Shown one piece after another: positions 7,419-16,366 of a stretch of DNA of 44,553 nt; positions within the stretch are counted from its first letter, which is position 1; each line of letters opens with the position of its first letter. Source of the DNA: Rhodospirillaceae bacterium UBA4479 (GTDB lineage: Bacteria > Pseudomonadota > Alphaproteobacteria > Rhodospirillales > Casp-alpha2); assembly GCA_002389175.1 (NCBI GenBank), contig DGNZ01000424.1:1-44553 (forward strand), written 5' to 3'. A program made the translations under genes and the position numbers. The notes under the pieces are model-generated. The model saw nothing but the letters and a program-made list of their open reading frames with translations. It was not told the DNA's origin and ran no database searches.

Positions 7419-9254
7419 CTATTCAGCCGCCATATAATCGGCGGCGTTGAAGTACGGCAAGTTATCTTGGGTCGAGCACCCAAGGGTCGCCAGACGCTCG
7501 GTAATCTTGATGGCTTTTTGGTATTTGCGTTCGCATTCGGAACGTGAGCATTCATCAAAGCTAGGCCCACACAAGGATATACCATAGTTGGCTTGCAACG
7601 TTCTGATCTTGCGGCGCGTGTTCAAGCCATCGGCAATGCCATCCAAATCAAAGTCGAGCTGCTTCACAATTTGGATTTCATTGTCGATAAGATAAGCGCG
7701 AATATCGCGTTCTGCGGCCAGCGCGGCATCCCAATAATCGGATTCAGATTTAGTTTCTTCACCGGAAACCGCAACGAACGCCATGCAAAACAGCAAATAA
7801 ATCTGCTCGTCCACCGATGCTGTACGCCATGCCGACGATTCCAAACTGCCCCAAACCGATAGGTTCAAGGTTTTGAAGATTTCAGGCACACGCGCAAAGA
7901 ACAGCTTGTGCAGTTTGTTCGTGTTCAGCGTGGTGTCGAGTTTCTGTTCTTTATAAATGTCTATAGCTGCATAGGTGCCGCAAACCGGGCAAGTATCGTT
8001 CTCGTAGACATTTTTCTTATAGATATGAGAGCAATACGCACCGGCTTCGATGTCGTTCTTGCACATCAAATAGATGTCATCGTTGTCTTCGCCGTCCTGC
8101 TGCTGACCGATCCAGTTAAACCGGTTTTTATACTGCATGAACGAGCGCGGATGGCTCCAAAGCGTCCATTCCAATTTTTCAACGGGGCCGAATGTGCTCC
8201 AGTTTGAGCTGACATCGATGACCACGCATTTGTCTTTGCCTTTGGCCGACCGCAGACCCCGTCCCACCGTTTGCCCCCACAACACCTTGGACAGCGTTGG
8301 GCGCAGATGCACGATGATGTTGCAATTTGGATTGTCCCAACCTTCGGTTAGCACACCGACCGAGACCATGGCTTCGATCTCGCCTTTTTCATGCTGTGCC
8401 AGCAGCTTCATCCGTTCTTTGATCGGAGTGCCGGCGGTAATGATCGCCGCACTGATACCAAATTCTTCAATACTGCGCAGCGTCACCTCGGCAACCGAGA
8501 TATCGGTGCAGAACCAGGCGGAAATGGGCTTGTTTGATACTTTGACGCGTTCTTCGTTGTAGGCACGGATCGCGTAATCGAGCATCGATGATTTGATGAT
8601 TTCGTTCGCAAGGGTCGAAACTGGGTATTCACCCGAGCTGATATCAATCGCGTTCAAATCCAGATCGTGCACAAAATGCGGCCGATAGATGGGCTGGACC
8701 AAAATGCCTTCGGCGATCAGGTCTTCGATATTCGCGCAATCGATGATGGCATCAAACGCCAGGTTCAACTGATCCCGTTGATCGCCCGTACGGCGTTCCG
8801 GTGATGCTGTCAGGCCGATGAATTGGGCCGTCGGCTTGCCGTTTTCTTTGAAGTTTTCAATAATCCGCCGATAACCACGGCCATTTGGCGATACGCGGTG
8901 GGCTTCATCGACAATAATCAGATCCGCCTTGGGGATCGCGTCGGTCAGGACTTCTTTGGCGCGCATGCTGGTCGACAACAAGATATCATACCCATCAAAC
9001 GCCTCTCCCGTGTCGGAAACGGCCAATTTACGGACATTGTGCATTTCACTCAGTGCTGATTGCAATTGCTCTAGCAACACCAACCGATGGCACAGGATCA
9101 CAACCTTTTTGCCATCGTAAAATCGTTCAATGAGTTCGCGCGCAAGCACGGTTTTTCCGGCGCCTGTGGGGGCTTTTAGGATGAACCGTTTGTGCTGTTT
9201 GATGATCGTCGGAAAGCTATCGACGATTTTCTGCTGCCAAGATCGTAATTGCAT
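7419..9254 (-). CDS. Superfamily 2 DEAH helicase (ResIII/RadD-like) with a Cys-rich zinc ribbon and an unrecognised C-terminal domain
   Basis: APTGAGKT, DEAH, GLTASP, LTEGWD and QTVGRGLR, followed by C-x9-C...CPVCG. Confidence 0.88.
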   Translation of the reverse strand: MQLRSWQQKIVDSFPTIIKQHKRFILKAPTGAGKTVLARELIERFYDGKKVVILCHRLVLLEQLQSALSEMHNVRKLAVSDTGEAFDGYDILLSTSMRAKEVLTDAIPKADLIIVDEAHRVSPNGRGYRRIIENFKENGKPTAQFIGLTASPERRTGDQRDQLNLAFDAIIDCANIEDLIAEGILVQPIYRPHFVHDLDLNAIDISSGEYPVSTLANEIIKSSMLDYAIRAYNEERVKVSNKPISAWFCTDISVAEVTLRSIEEFGISAAIITAGTPIKERMKLLAQHEKGEIEAMVSVGVLTEGWDNPNCNIIVHLRPTLSKVLWGQTVGRGLRSAKGKDKCVVIDVSSNWSTFGPVEKLEWTLWSHPRSFMQYKNRFNWIGQQQDGEDNDDIYLMCKNDIEAGAYCSHIYKKNVYENDTCPVCGTYAAIDIYKEQKLDTTLNTNKLHKLFFARVPEIFKTLNLSVWGSLESSAWRTASVDEQIYLLFCMAFVAVSGEETKSESDYWDAALAAERDIRAYLIDNEIQIVKQLDFDLDGIADGLNTRRKIRTLQANYGISLCGPSFDECSRSECERKYQKAIKITERLATLGCSTQDNLPYFNAADYMAAE

Positions 9255-9860
9255 GAGGAGCTATTAACGTAGAATGTCCCAAGATGCACGCGGTAGATCG
9301 TGCAAAATTACATATTGTCTCACACATAACCACAACCAGCCATAAAGAGTGGCAAATGCTGGCCGTAATCCCTATTTGATTATAAGCAAAAGATGATCAG
9401 ACGCATGACAAATATACTCGCGAACTCAATTTTAGACACTCAAGCCCCCCGCACGACAAGACAGTGGACGGTGATCTGCGTCGTGTGGGCATTGAAATCG
9501 AATTTGGCGGCTTGCGGCCGTTTCTGCTCTCGCTGGCATCATTTTAAAGCGTCTGAAGTGGATATAACTTCAGATTTTTGAAGATGCTGACTCAGCGCAG
9601 CGCTAAAAATAGTATGCCATTCATTCCACCTCACAATTTGTTGACGGTTTGGTGACGTAATTATGTTACCAAGGGTGGACGCGAACCCCTGATTTCTATA
9701 GAAAAGCCCAACTAAAACATATTTAGATAACCATTTTTATTGATATCTATTGGGGTTTAAAGCCGAACCCACATCAACATGATCGTATATCTGCACATCT
9801 CGTCTATATGATCAGCGTGCTAAATTACAAAGATTGATCGACCCGATCAGAAGGACCTTT

Positions 9861-11747
9861 ATGTCAAAGATTAAGATCGCAATTGCAGGTGTTGGAAACT
9901 GCGCCAGTTCACTTGTTCAAGGTTTGGAATATTACCGCAACCATGAACAACAGGCGTTTTCCGGTTTGATGCATCCGCGGGTCGGGGAATGGGGCGCGAC
10001 CGATGTCGAAGTCGTTGCAGCCTTTGATATCGACAAACGCAAAGTGGGTCAGTCCCTCGAAAAAGCGATCTTTGCCAAGCCGAACTGCACCACCGTATTC
10101 CAAAGTATGCTGCCGGTATCCGATGTGATCGTACAAATGGGCCCCGTCTTGGACGGTGTGCCGGACCACATGGCCGATTACGACGAAGACCGCGCGTTTC
10201 GTATTGCCGATGATGCAGCCGTCGATGTCGCTGAAGCCCTGCGCCAAAGCGGCGCCGAAGTCTTAGTCTGCTATCTGCCCGTTGGATCCGAACAGGCCGT
10301 TAAATACTACGCCCAGGCATGCTTGGACGCCAAAGTTGGCATGGTCAACTGCGTACCCGTGTTCCTGGCATCCGATCCCGTGTGGGCCAAGCGCTTCCGC
10401 GATGCAGGTGTTCCAATTGTCGGCGATGACATCAAAAGCCAAGTCGGTGCGACCATCGTTCATCGGATGTTGAGCCGCTTGTTCGAAGACCGCGGTGTCG
10501 ACGTCAAACGGACCTACCAATTGAACACAGGCGGCAACACCGATTTCTTGAACATGCTTGAGCGAACTCGTCTGAAATCCAAGAAAAAGTCCAAGACCGA
10601 AAGCGTGCAATCTCAGTTTGATCTGCGCCTCAGCGATAGCGACATTCACATCGGCCCATCTGATTACGTTCCATGGCAAAACGACAATAAAGTCGCTTTC
10701 ATTCGCATGGAAGGCCTTGGCTTTGGCGATGTGCCCATGGAATTAGAAATGCGGTTGTCTGTCCAAGATTCACCGAACAGCGCAGGCGTTGTCATCGATG
10801 GCATTCGTTGCGCCAAGCTGGGCCTGGCCCGTGGCATCGGTGGCCCGCTTGAGGCACCGTCATCTTATTATATGAAAAGCCCGCCGGTTCAGGTTCGCGA
10901 CTCGGTCGCCCATGATCTTTGCAATGCCTTCATCGATGGCGATAGCCCCGATATTCCAAATGATCTGAAGCGCGCATCTGCTGCGCACCTGCCACAACAA
11001 TCAGACACCACACCTACGGCCCTGATTTTGGCTGCGGGCAAAGGATCACGCCTGCTGCCGATGACAAGCCTGCCTAAACCGTTGGCCACCGTATCAGGAC
11101 AAACACTGGCCGAACGTGTGGTTCAGAACCTGCGCGATGGTGCGGGCATTACGCGCTTTGTCGTTGCCTTGGGACACGAAGGCGACACCGTCAAAAGCCA
11201 TTTCCAATCGGTTGCCAAGCATATGGGCGTCACCGTCGAATTCTGTACATCCCCTGATTGGGAAAAGGGCAACGGTGCCAGCGCATTGGGTGCTGCCGAA
11301 GTGATCGGCAATCAGCCATTCCTGTTATCAATGTGTGATCATGTCTACGACCCGGCCCTGCCCGGCGCATTGATCAACGCAACACTGCCACAAGACGGCA
11401 TGTTGCTTGCCATCGATCGCAACATCAACGATCTGCACGATGTGGGTGACGTCATGAAGGTCAAACTGGACGACGTATCAATCAAAGCCATTTCAAAATC
11501 ACTCGGTGATTGGGATGCCGCCGATACCGGCGTCATGTATTGCACATCTGCCCTGTTTGATGGGTTGCGGGCCGCGACAGCTGACGGTCAATATGGGTTG
11601 GCTGATGGTCTCCGCGTTTTGGCGGGCAAGGGTCGTGCGGATACGGTCGATGTCACCGGCACATGGTGGTTGGATGTCGATACTGATGAAGCACTTGAAA
11701 TCGCCGAACGTGATCTGAACAAAAAAGATCTAGCTTCAACGGCGTGA
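9861..11747 (+). CDS. ino1: Fusion of myo-inositol-1(3)-phosphate synthase and an NTP-transferase (inositol-phosphate cytidylyltransferase-like)
   Basis: N-terminal GVGNCASSLVQG, GDDIKSQVGAT, GGNTDFLNM, DNKVA and DSPNSAG. C-terminal LILAAGKGSRL..PKPL, WEKGNG, DTG and WLDVDT. RBS AAGGA before ATG 9861. Confidence 0.92.
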   Translation: MSKIKIAIAGVGNCASSLVQGLEYYRNHEQQAFSGLMHPRVGEWGATDVEVVAAFDIDKRKVGQSLEKAIFAKPNCTTVFQSMLPVSDVIVQMGPVLDGVPDHMADYDEDRAFRIADDAAVDVAEALRQSGAEVLVCYLPVGSEQAVKYYAQACLDAKVGMVNCVPVFLASDPVWAKRFRDAGVPIVGDDIKSQVGATIVHRMLSRLFEDRGVDVKRTYQLNTGGNTDFLNMLERTRLKSKKKSKTESVQSQFDLRLSDSDIHIGPSDYVPWQNDNKVAFIRMEGLGFGDVPMELEMRLSVQDSPNSAGVVIDGIRCAKLGLARGIGGPLEAPSSYYMKSPPVQVRDSVAHDLCNAFIDGDSPDIPNDLKRASAAHLPQQSDTTPTALILAAGKGSRLLPMTSLPKPLATVSGQTLAERVVQNLRDGAGITRFVVALGHEGDTVKSHFQSVAKHMGVTVEFCTSPDWEKGNGASALGAAEVIGNQPFLLSMCDHVYDPALPGALINATLPQDGMLLAIDRNINDLHDVGDVMKVKLDDVSIKAISKSLGDWDAADTGVMYCTSALFDGLRAATADGQYGLADGLRVLAGKGRADTVDVTGTWWLDVDTDEALEIAERDLNKKDLASTA

Positions 11748-11758
11748 CGCCTCGACTT

Positions 11759-12832
11759 CTACGGCGTGACGTCCTGTGCTTGGCGGGCGTTCTTCAACGC
11801 CAAGCCAATAACCAACATTAAAAAGATCGGCGCGCCGATCCCCGTCATGGCGACGAACCAATGCGCCTGGCCGAATACCGACATGGCAAAAACCAAGTAG
11901 ATAAAATCGCGGCGTGACAGATCATCCAGCATTTTGCTGAGTTTCTTATTATCATCGGATGTGGATACCGACGTATACAGCGGCCCCGTCCCGGATTTAT
12001 TGCGCATGGTCAGCCAGTATACGGCCGCCGCCGATCCGATTGTACCGACCAACGCGCCAATGCCAAAATACAACGGCCACAATGACCCGGTATGGATATG
12101 CCAACCCCAGGCCATACACGCGAACACGCACACGTGGACTAAGTTATCGCTGGCAAAATCAAACAGCCCCCCAAATCTGGATTCCGTATAGGTCAGTCGC
12201 GCGAGTTCCCCGTCACACCCGTCCGTGACCGAATGCGCAACGAACAGCAATCCGCCGATGACCTGGATCAGTGGATCAGCGGACAAGAAGAAGGGCGCGC
12301 CGATCAAACCAATCAACATACACACAAAGGTCATCTGATTGGGCCTGATCCCCATCGGCGCCAACCGTCGCGACAAGAACAACGAAATCGGGCGCGCGAA
12401 TTTTCGCGACATGAAGCCGTCGGTTTCTTTGGACAATCGGCTCAGCAGTCTATCCTTGGCTTTTTCGAAACTGTCATCCCTTGTAAGCACAAGCGGTGCC
12501 TCAGTTCCTGAGGGCATCACACCGGTAACGCGCAAGGCAGACAACCAATTCACTTCCCCCAGTAAATTGGCAGGTGCCATGACGCCACCGCTTTCGATCA
12601 ATTCCGGGTCTGATATCAATTCTGTACCTGATGCTTTGTTCAAGCCCAATCGCACGTTTATCGCGCCATCTTCATCAGCCAGGATAATTGTTTTAGCGAA
12701 CCCCGCGCGTTTCGCAGCCAGGACCATACGATCAATCAATGTCAGCCCCATGAGAGGGGTACTCAACTCAAGCGATCCAATCACGTTTGAGCGGGCATCA
12801 ATTATCAGCGTACCGAATATCACATCAACCAT
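11759..12832 (-). CDS. CDP-alcohol phosphotransferase (DIPP-synthase-like) with a degenerate N-terminal NTP-transferase-like region
   Basis: DGCDGELARL-x6-FGGLFDFASD signature, KETDGFMSRKFARPIS and RRD. N-terminal LMGLTLIDRMVLAAKRAG. Confidence 0.85.
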   Translation of the reverse strand: MVDVIFGTLIIDARSNVIGSLELSTPLMGLTLIDRMVLAAKRAGFAKTIILADEDGAINVRLGLNKASGTELISDPELIESGGVMAPANLLGEVNWLSALRVTGVMPSGTEAPLVLTRDDSFEKAKDRLLSRLSKETDGFMSRKFARPISLFLSRRLAPMGIRPNQMTFVCMLIGLIGAPFFLSADPLIQVIGGLLFVAHSVTDGCDGELARLTYTESRFGGLFDFASDNLVHVCVFACMAWGWHIHTGSLWPLYFGIGALVGTIGSAAAVYWLTMRNKSGTGPLYTSVSTSDDNKKLSKMLDDLSRRDFIYLVFAMSVFGQAHWFVAMTGIGAPIFLMLVIGLALKNARQAQDVTP

Positions 12833-12834
12833 CT

Positions 12835-13854
12835 TCAGGTTTCCACTTGTGGGCCGCCGCGATAGGCAAACCAATTGATGGCGAACCCCCATACATTATA
12901 GAAGAGTTCGCGCGCACGACGAATGAACGACACCGCCAACCCTAACGAAGGTTGTCCCGTGATGTGACCGATCACCAGCACCAACGCAGCCTCTTGGGTG
13001 CCGATGCCCGCCGGGATAAAGAACGTCGCAGCACGCACCAGTTCAACGACGGCTTCTGCGGCCCATGCCTCGGCAAATGTGATCTGAAACCCCAGGAGCC
13101 ACATGATGACCCAAAGCTCGGCCACGCCCAGCATCCAGTTCGCCAATGTCATTATTACTGACAAAACAAAACGTCGACGATCCTGGGTGTAGGCTTCGGC
13201 CAATCGATCATCAAGGGCGCGCATCTGATCCAGGATTCCGACGATGGGTTTGCCAAACCATCGACGACTGAGCCAAGCACCGCTTTTGGAACTTAACCGA
13301 AAACGCTGCACCACAAACAATAGGACAATGCCCGTCGTCAGCATCAACAAGGCAATCATCGCCCCGACCCGGTAGGCCGCAGGCAAGCCATCCGATACCA
13401 ATGCCACCCCAAGACCACCTGACAGGAAAATCACCAATGCGATTAAATTGGCTGTCTTGGCGACCACCAAGGACGCCGCGCCTTCTTTGTAATCAACACC
13501 ATGATATCGCCGCAGCAACACAGCCTTAATCGGTTCACCCGCCATCCCAAAGATGGGCGTCACCTTGTTCCAGGCGGCGCCGATCATGCGAATGTTAAAG
13601 AGGGTCAGGAAGCTCAGTTTATGAAGCTGGTCACGCCGGATCACCAAACGCCAGGACACCGTGTCGCACAAGAACGCCATCAAATAGATCGCAATAACGA
13701 AACCAATGCCCCAACCGACGGCCATCACCTGCGCCATCACGGCATCCGTATCGACCTTCCAGATGATCGCGCCCAACAACCCCATACCCAAAATGACAAA
13801 AGCGATCTGCCACGGGTTGATCGACTTGGATGGTAATGGGGGCGTCTCAGACAT
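12835..13854 (-). CDS. Lysylphosphatidylglycerol-synthase TM / UPF0104 flippase-like membrane protein
   Basis: W-R motif, NKVTP...AGEPIKA and FFIPAGIGTQEAA; multiple TM helices. Confidence 0.85.
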   Translation of the reverse strand: MSETPPLPSKSINPWQIAFVILGMGLLGAIIWKVDTDAVMAQVMAVGWGIGFVIAIYLMAFLCDTVSWRLVIRRDQLHKLSFLTLFNIRMIGAAWNKVTPIFGMAGEPIKAVLLRRYHGVDYKEGAASLVVAKTANLIALVIFLSGGLGVALVSDGLPAAYRVGAMIALLMLTTGIVLLFVVQRFRLSSKSGAWLSRRWFGKPIVGILDQMRALDDRLAEAYTQDRRRFVLSVIMTLANWMLGVAELWVIMWLLGFQITFAEAWAAEAVVELVRAATFFIPAGIGTQEAALVLVIGHITGQPSLGLAVSFIRRARELFYNVWGFAINWFAYRGGPQVET

Positions 13855-14521
13855 GATGGCGACGAAACCCTTTTACAAACTGCAGTGCCCAATACACCTG
13901 CGCGCCAATCGCCGATGCGGGCAACAGCAGCCACACCACATCGAATAGCGCTAGTAAAAGTACGATGAAACAGAAATCCGTCCTGAGCAGGCGAGACGTA
14001 TAAACCGTCTGATCGCCAATACTGTCATCAGGACCGTCGTGGACTTTCTCGGTTCCGGCAGCGTTTTCTTGGGTATCACGAATTTGATCAATGATGTAAT
14101 TCACCGTGCCACCAAACGCCGCAACAATCCCACACCAGAACCAAAATGCATCACCCGAGCGGATCCATTCGCCCCAGCCCAACATGACGAAAAACAAGTT
14201 GTTCACGGCCCAATCGACAAAGGTATCAAACCGTTTGCCGAACTCAGATGAAAGCCCCTTAAGCCGCGCGATAGCGCCATCACAGTTATCCAAAATATAG
14301 GACAGCGTGAATAAAACGGCGGCGATCAGCGTGTTCTTATGATCACCCAGATAAAACATATAAGACGCCCACACTCCAAGGATAAGCGACAGGGCTGTGA
14401 TCTGATTGGCCGTGATGGGTAGCGCCGCAAACACCCGAATGAACGGGGCCGAGGTCACGCGGGTCAGCGGAAGAAATCGCATGATCCCCGATCTATGTGC
14501 CTGATTTGTCCCGTCTGTCAT
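13847..14521 (-). CDS. CDP-alcohol phosphatidyltransferase family protein
   Basis: ITANQIT and LDNCDGAIARL-x6-FGKRFDTFVD. RBS AAGGA before ATG 14521. Confidence 0.88.
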   Translation of the reverse strand: MTDGTNQAHRSGIMRFLPLTRVTSAPFIRVFAALPITANQITALSLILGVWASYMFYLGDHKNTLIAAVLFTLSYILDNCDGAIARLKGLSSEFGKRFDTFVDWAVNNLFFVMLGWGEWIRSGDAFWFWCGIVAAFGGTVNYIIDQIRDTQENAAGTEKVHDGPDDSIGDQTVYTSRLLRTDFCFIVLLLALFDVVWLLLPASAIGAQVYWALQFVKGFRRHHV

Positions 14522-14715
14522 GAAAATCCTTAATGGACGTGATGGGTGCGCACCCTGGAACGCGCTGGCTCTCAATCTTCTATGGCCTGAATCCGCCCGT
14601 TATAGCGTCTATCTTTGGAATGTGCATGTCCGAAATGGGCCGCGGGTGTCTCGACCAAGTCGCAAATAAACGCCAAGATGAAACACACCTTCAACAAACC
14701 TAAAAGGAACTAAAA

Positions 14716-15126
14716 ATGACAAAACGTGCTGGAGATTACGATGCAGGAATGAAATGTCGCCGTGAAGTATTGGGCGACGAATATGTGGATGCCAGCATGG
14801 CCAAAGTCGATGACTTTAACGCTGACTTCCAGACCATGGTCACGGAATACGGCTGGGGTGCCAGCTGGGCCCGTGGACGTTTAGAACGCCGGGATCGGTC
14901 AATCCTTAACCTTGGCATGCTGGCTGCACTCAACAGACCCGATGAATTCAAGTTACATTTCAAAGGCGCCATCCGAAACGGCCTGACCGTGATCGAGCTT
15001 CGTGAAATTTGCATGCATATTGCAATTTATTGCGGCATTCCTGCGTCATTAGAGGCGTTTAAGCTCGCCCGCCAAGTTTTCGACGCCGAGGGGATTGATG
15101 TATCGGTTATTCCAGAAGAGACCTGA
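14716..15126 (+). CDS. Carboxymuconolactone decarboxylase (CMD/PcaC-like) family protein
   Basis: RREVLGDEYVD, WGASWAR, LHFKGAIRNG and AIYCGIPA. Confidence 0.88.
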   Translation: MTKRAGDYDAGMKCRREVLGDEYVDASMAKVDDFNADFQTMVTEYGWGASWARGRLERRDRSILNLGMLAALNRPDEFKLHFKGAIRNGLTVIELREICMHIAIYCGIPASLEAFKLARQVFDAEGIDVSVIPEET

Positions 15127-15144
15127 AACAACACTTCACAGGTT

Positions 15145-15173
15145 CTTTCACCATCGTCGGTGAAAGCTATAAT
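15145..15173 (+). promoter_or_regulatory. Operator-like palindrome CTTTCACC-N6-GGTGAAAG adjacent to a TATAAT -10 box
   Basis: Read directly, about 40 bp upstream of the PrpF-family start. Confidence 0.5.
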
Positions 15174-15214
15174 TGAGGCGTGATATCAACCTATAAATCT
15201 TGAGGAAATTCGTT

Positions 15215-16366
15215 ATGTCAGACGCAATCAAATGTGTGATTCTGCGGGGCGGCACCAGCAAGGGCATCTATCTGCGTGATGTCGATCTGCCGCGTGATCC
15301 TGTAGAGCGTGAGAAAACGATCCTCAGGATTTTTGGCTCTCCTGATAAACGCCAGATAGATGGGTTGGGAGGTGCGGATCCGCTGACCAGCAAGGTTTGC
15401 GTGATCGGCCCACCGCCCAAAAACAACCCGCGCGCGATCGATGCCGATTTGACCTATACGTTTGGCCAAGTAGAGATCGATGAGCCCTCCGTCGATCTCA
15501 GATCGCTATGTGGGAACCTGACCTCAGGCGTTGGGGCATTCGCCGTATGGGAAAATATGGTCGAGATCGAAGAGCCGATCACAACGGTCCGTATCTACAA
15601 TACAAACCTGGACCGAATGCTGATCACCGAGGTGCCTGTCAAAGACGGCCGCCCACTTGAGGTTGGCGATTATAAAATACCAGGCGTGCCCACAGGGGGT
15701 GCTAAAATCCAAGTCGATTTCGCCGATACCGCCGGATCAAGTGCAGGTAATCTGTTGCCGACCGGAAACGCGATGGAGCGCCTGGACGTGCCTGGGGTCG
15801 GCACACTAGAGGTTTCGATGGTCGATATTGGCAATGCCCATGTGTTCGTACGTGCCGCTGATTTGGGCATGACCGGCGCTGAAACCGCCGCTGAAATCGA
15901 TGCCAATACGGAGCTATGCGAGAAACTTGAGAAAATCCGCGCCCATGCTGGCGTCGCGATGGGCATGATCGACGACCCTGACCGCGCCGCACAGGACAGC
16001 CCCGCCACACCGTTCGTCGCCATGATTGCGCCACCGCAGGATTACTATGACGCCATTGGTGATCGGATGGTGAAGGCCGAAGATTGTGATTTCCTATCGC
16101 GGCTGATGTTCATGCAGCAAATGCACAAGACGTATGCCGGAACCAGCACGGTATGCACCGGGATCGCCAGCCGCATCCCCGGCACCATCGTCTACGAAGC
16201 GTGCCGGCCTGAGACCCGCGATAAGCTAGAGGTGAATTTTGGCCATCCGGCGGGCGTCATTGAGACCGAAGCCATTGTAGAGTTAGAAGGCAATGCCTAT
16301 GCCGCTAAGCGTGCCACACTGGGCCGTACCGCAAGGCGCATCATGGAAGGCCAAGTCTACGTTTAA
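15215..16366 (+). CDS. PrpF/AcnD-accessory family isomerase (methylaconitate or methylitaconate isomerase-like)
   Basis: RGGTSKG, QIDGLGGADPLTSK, CGNL, HPAG and RTARRIMEG. Confidence 0.9.
   Translation: MSDAIKCVILRGGTSKGIYLRDVDLPRDPVEREKTILRIFGSPDKRQIDGLGGADPLTSKVCVIGPPPKNNPRAIDADLTYTFGQVEIDEPSVDLRSLCGNLTSGVGAFAVWENMVEIEEPITTVRIYNTNLDRMLITEVPVKDGRPLEVGDYKIPGVPTGGAKIQVDFADTAGSSAGNLLPTGNAMERLDVPGVGTLEVSMVDIGNAHVFVRAADLGMTGAETAAEIDANTELCEKLEKIRAHAGVAMGMIDDPDRAAQDSPATPFVAMIAPPQDYYDAIGDRMVKAEDCDFLSRLMFMQQMHKTYAGTSTVCTGIASRIPGTIVYEACRPETRDKLEVNFGHPAGVIETEAIVELEGNAYAAKRATLGRTARRIMEGQVYV

Noticed and set aside
7419-9254. Type I/III restriction subunit
   Set aside because: No adjacent methyltransferase or specificity gene, and no clear PD-(D/E)xK motif recognised.
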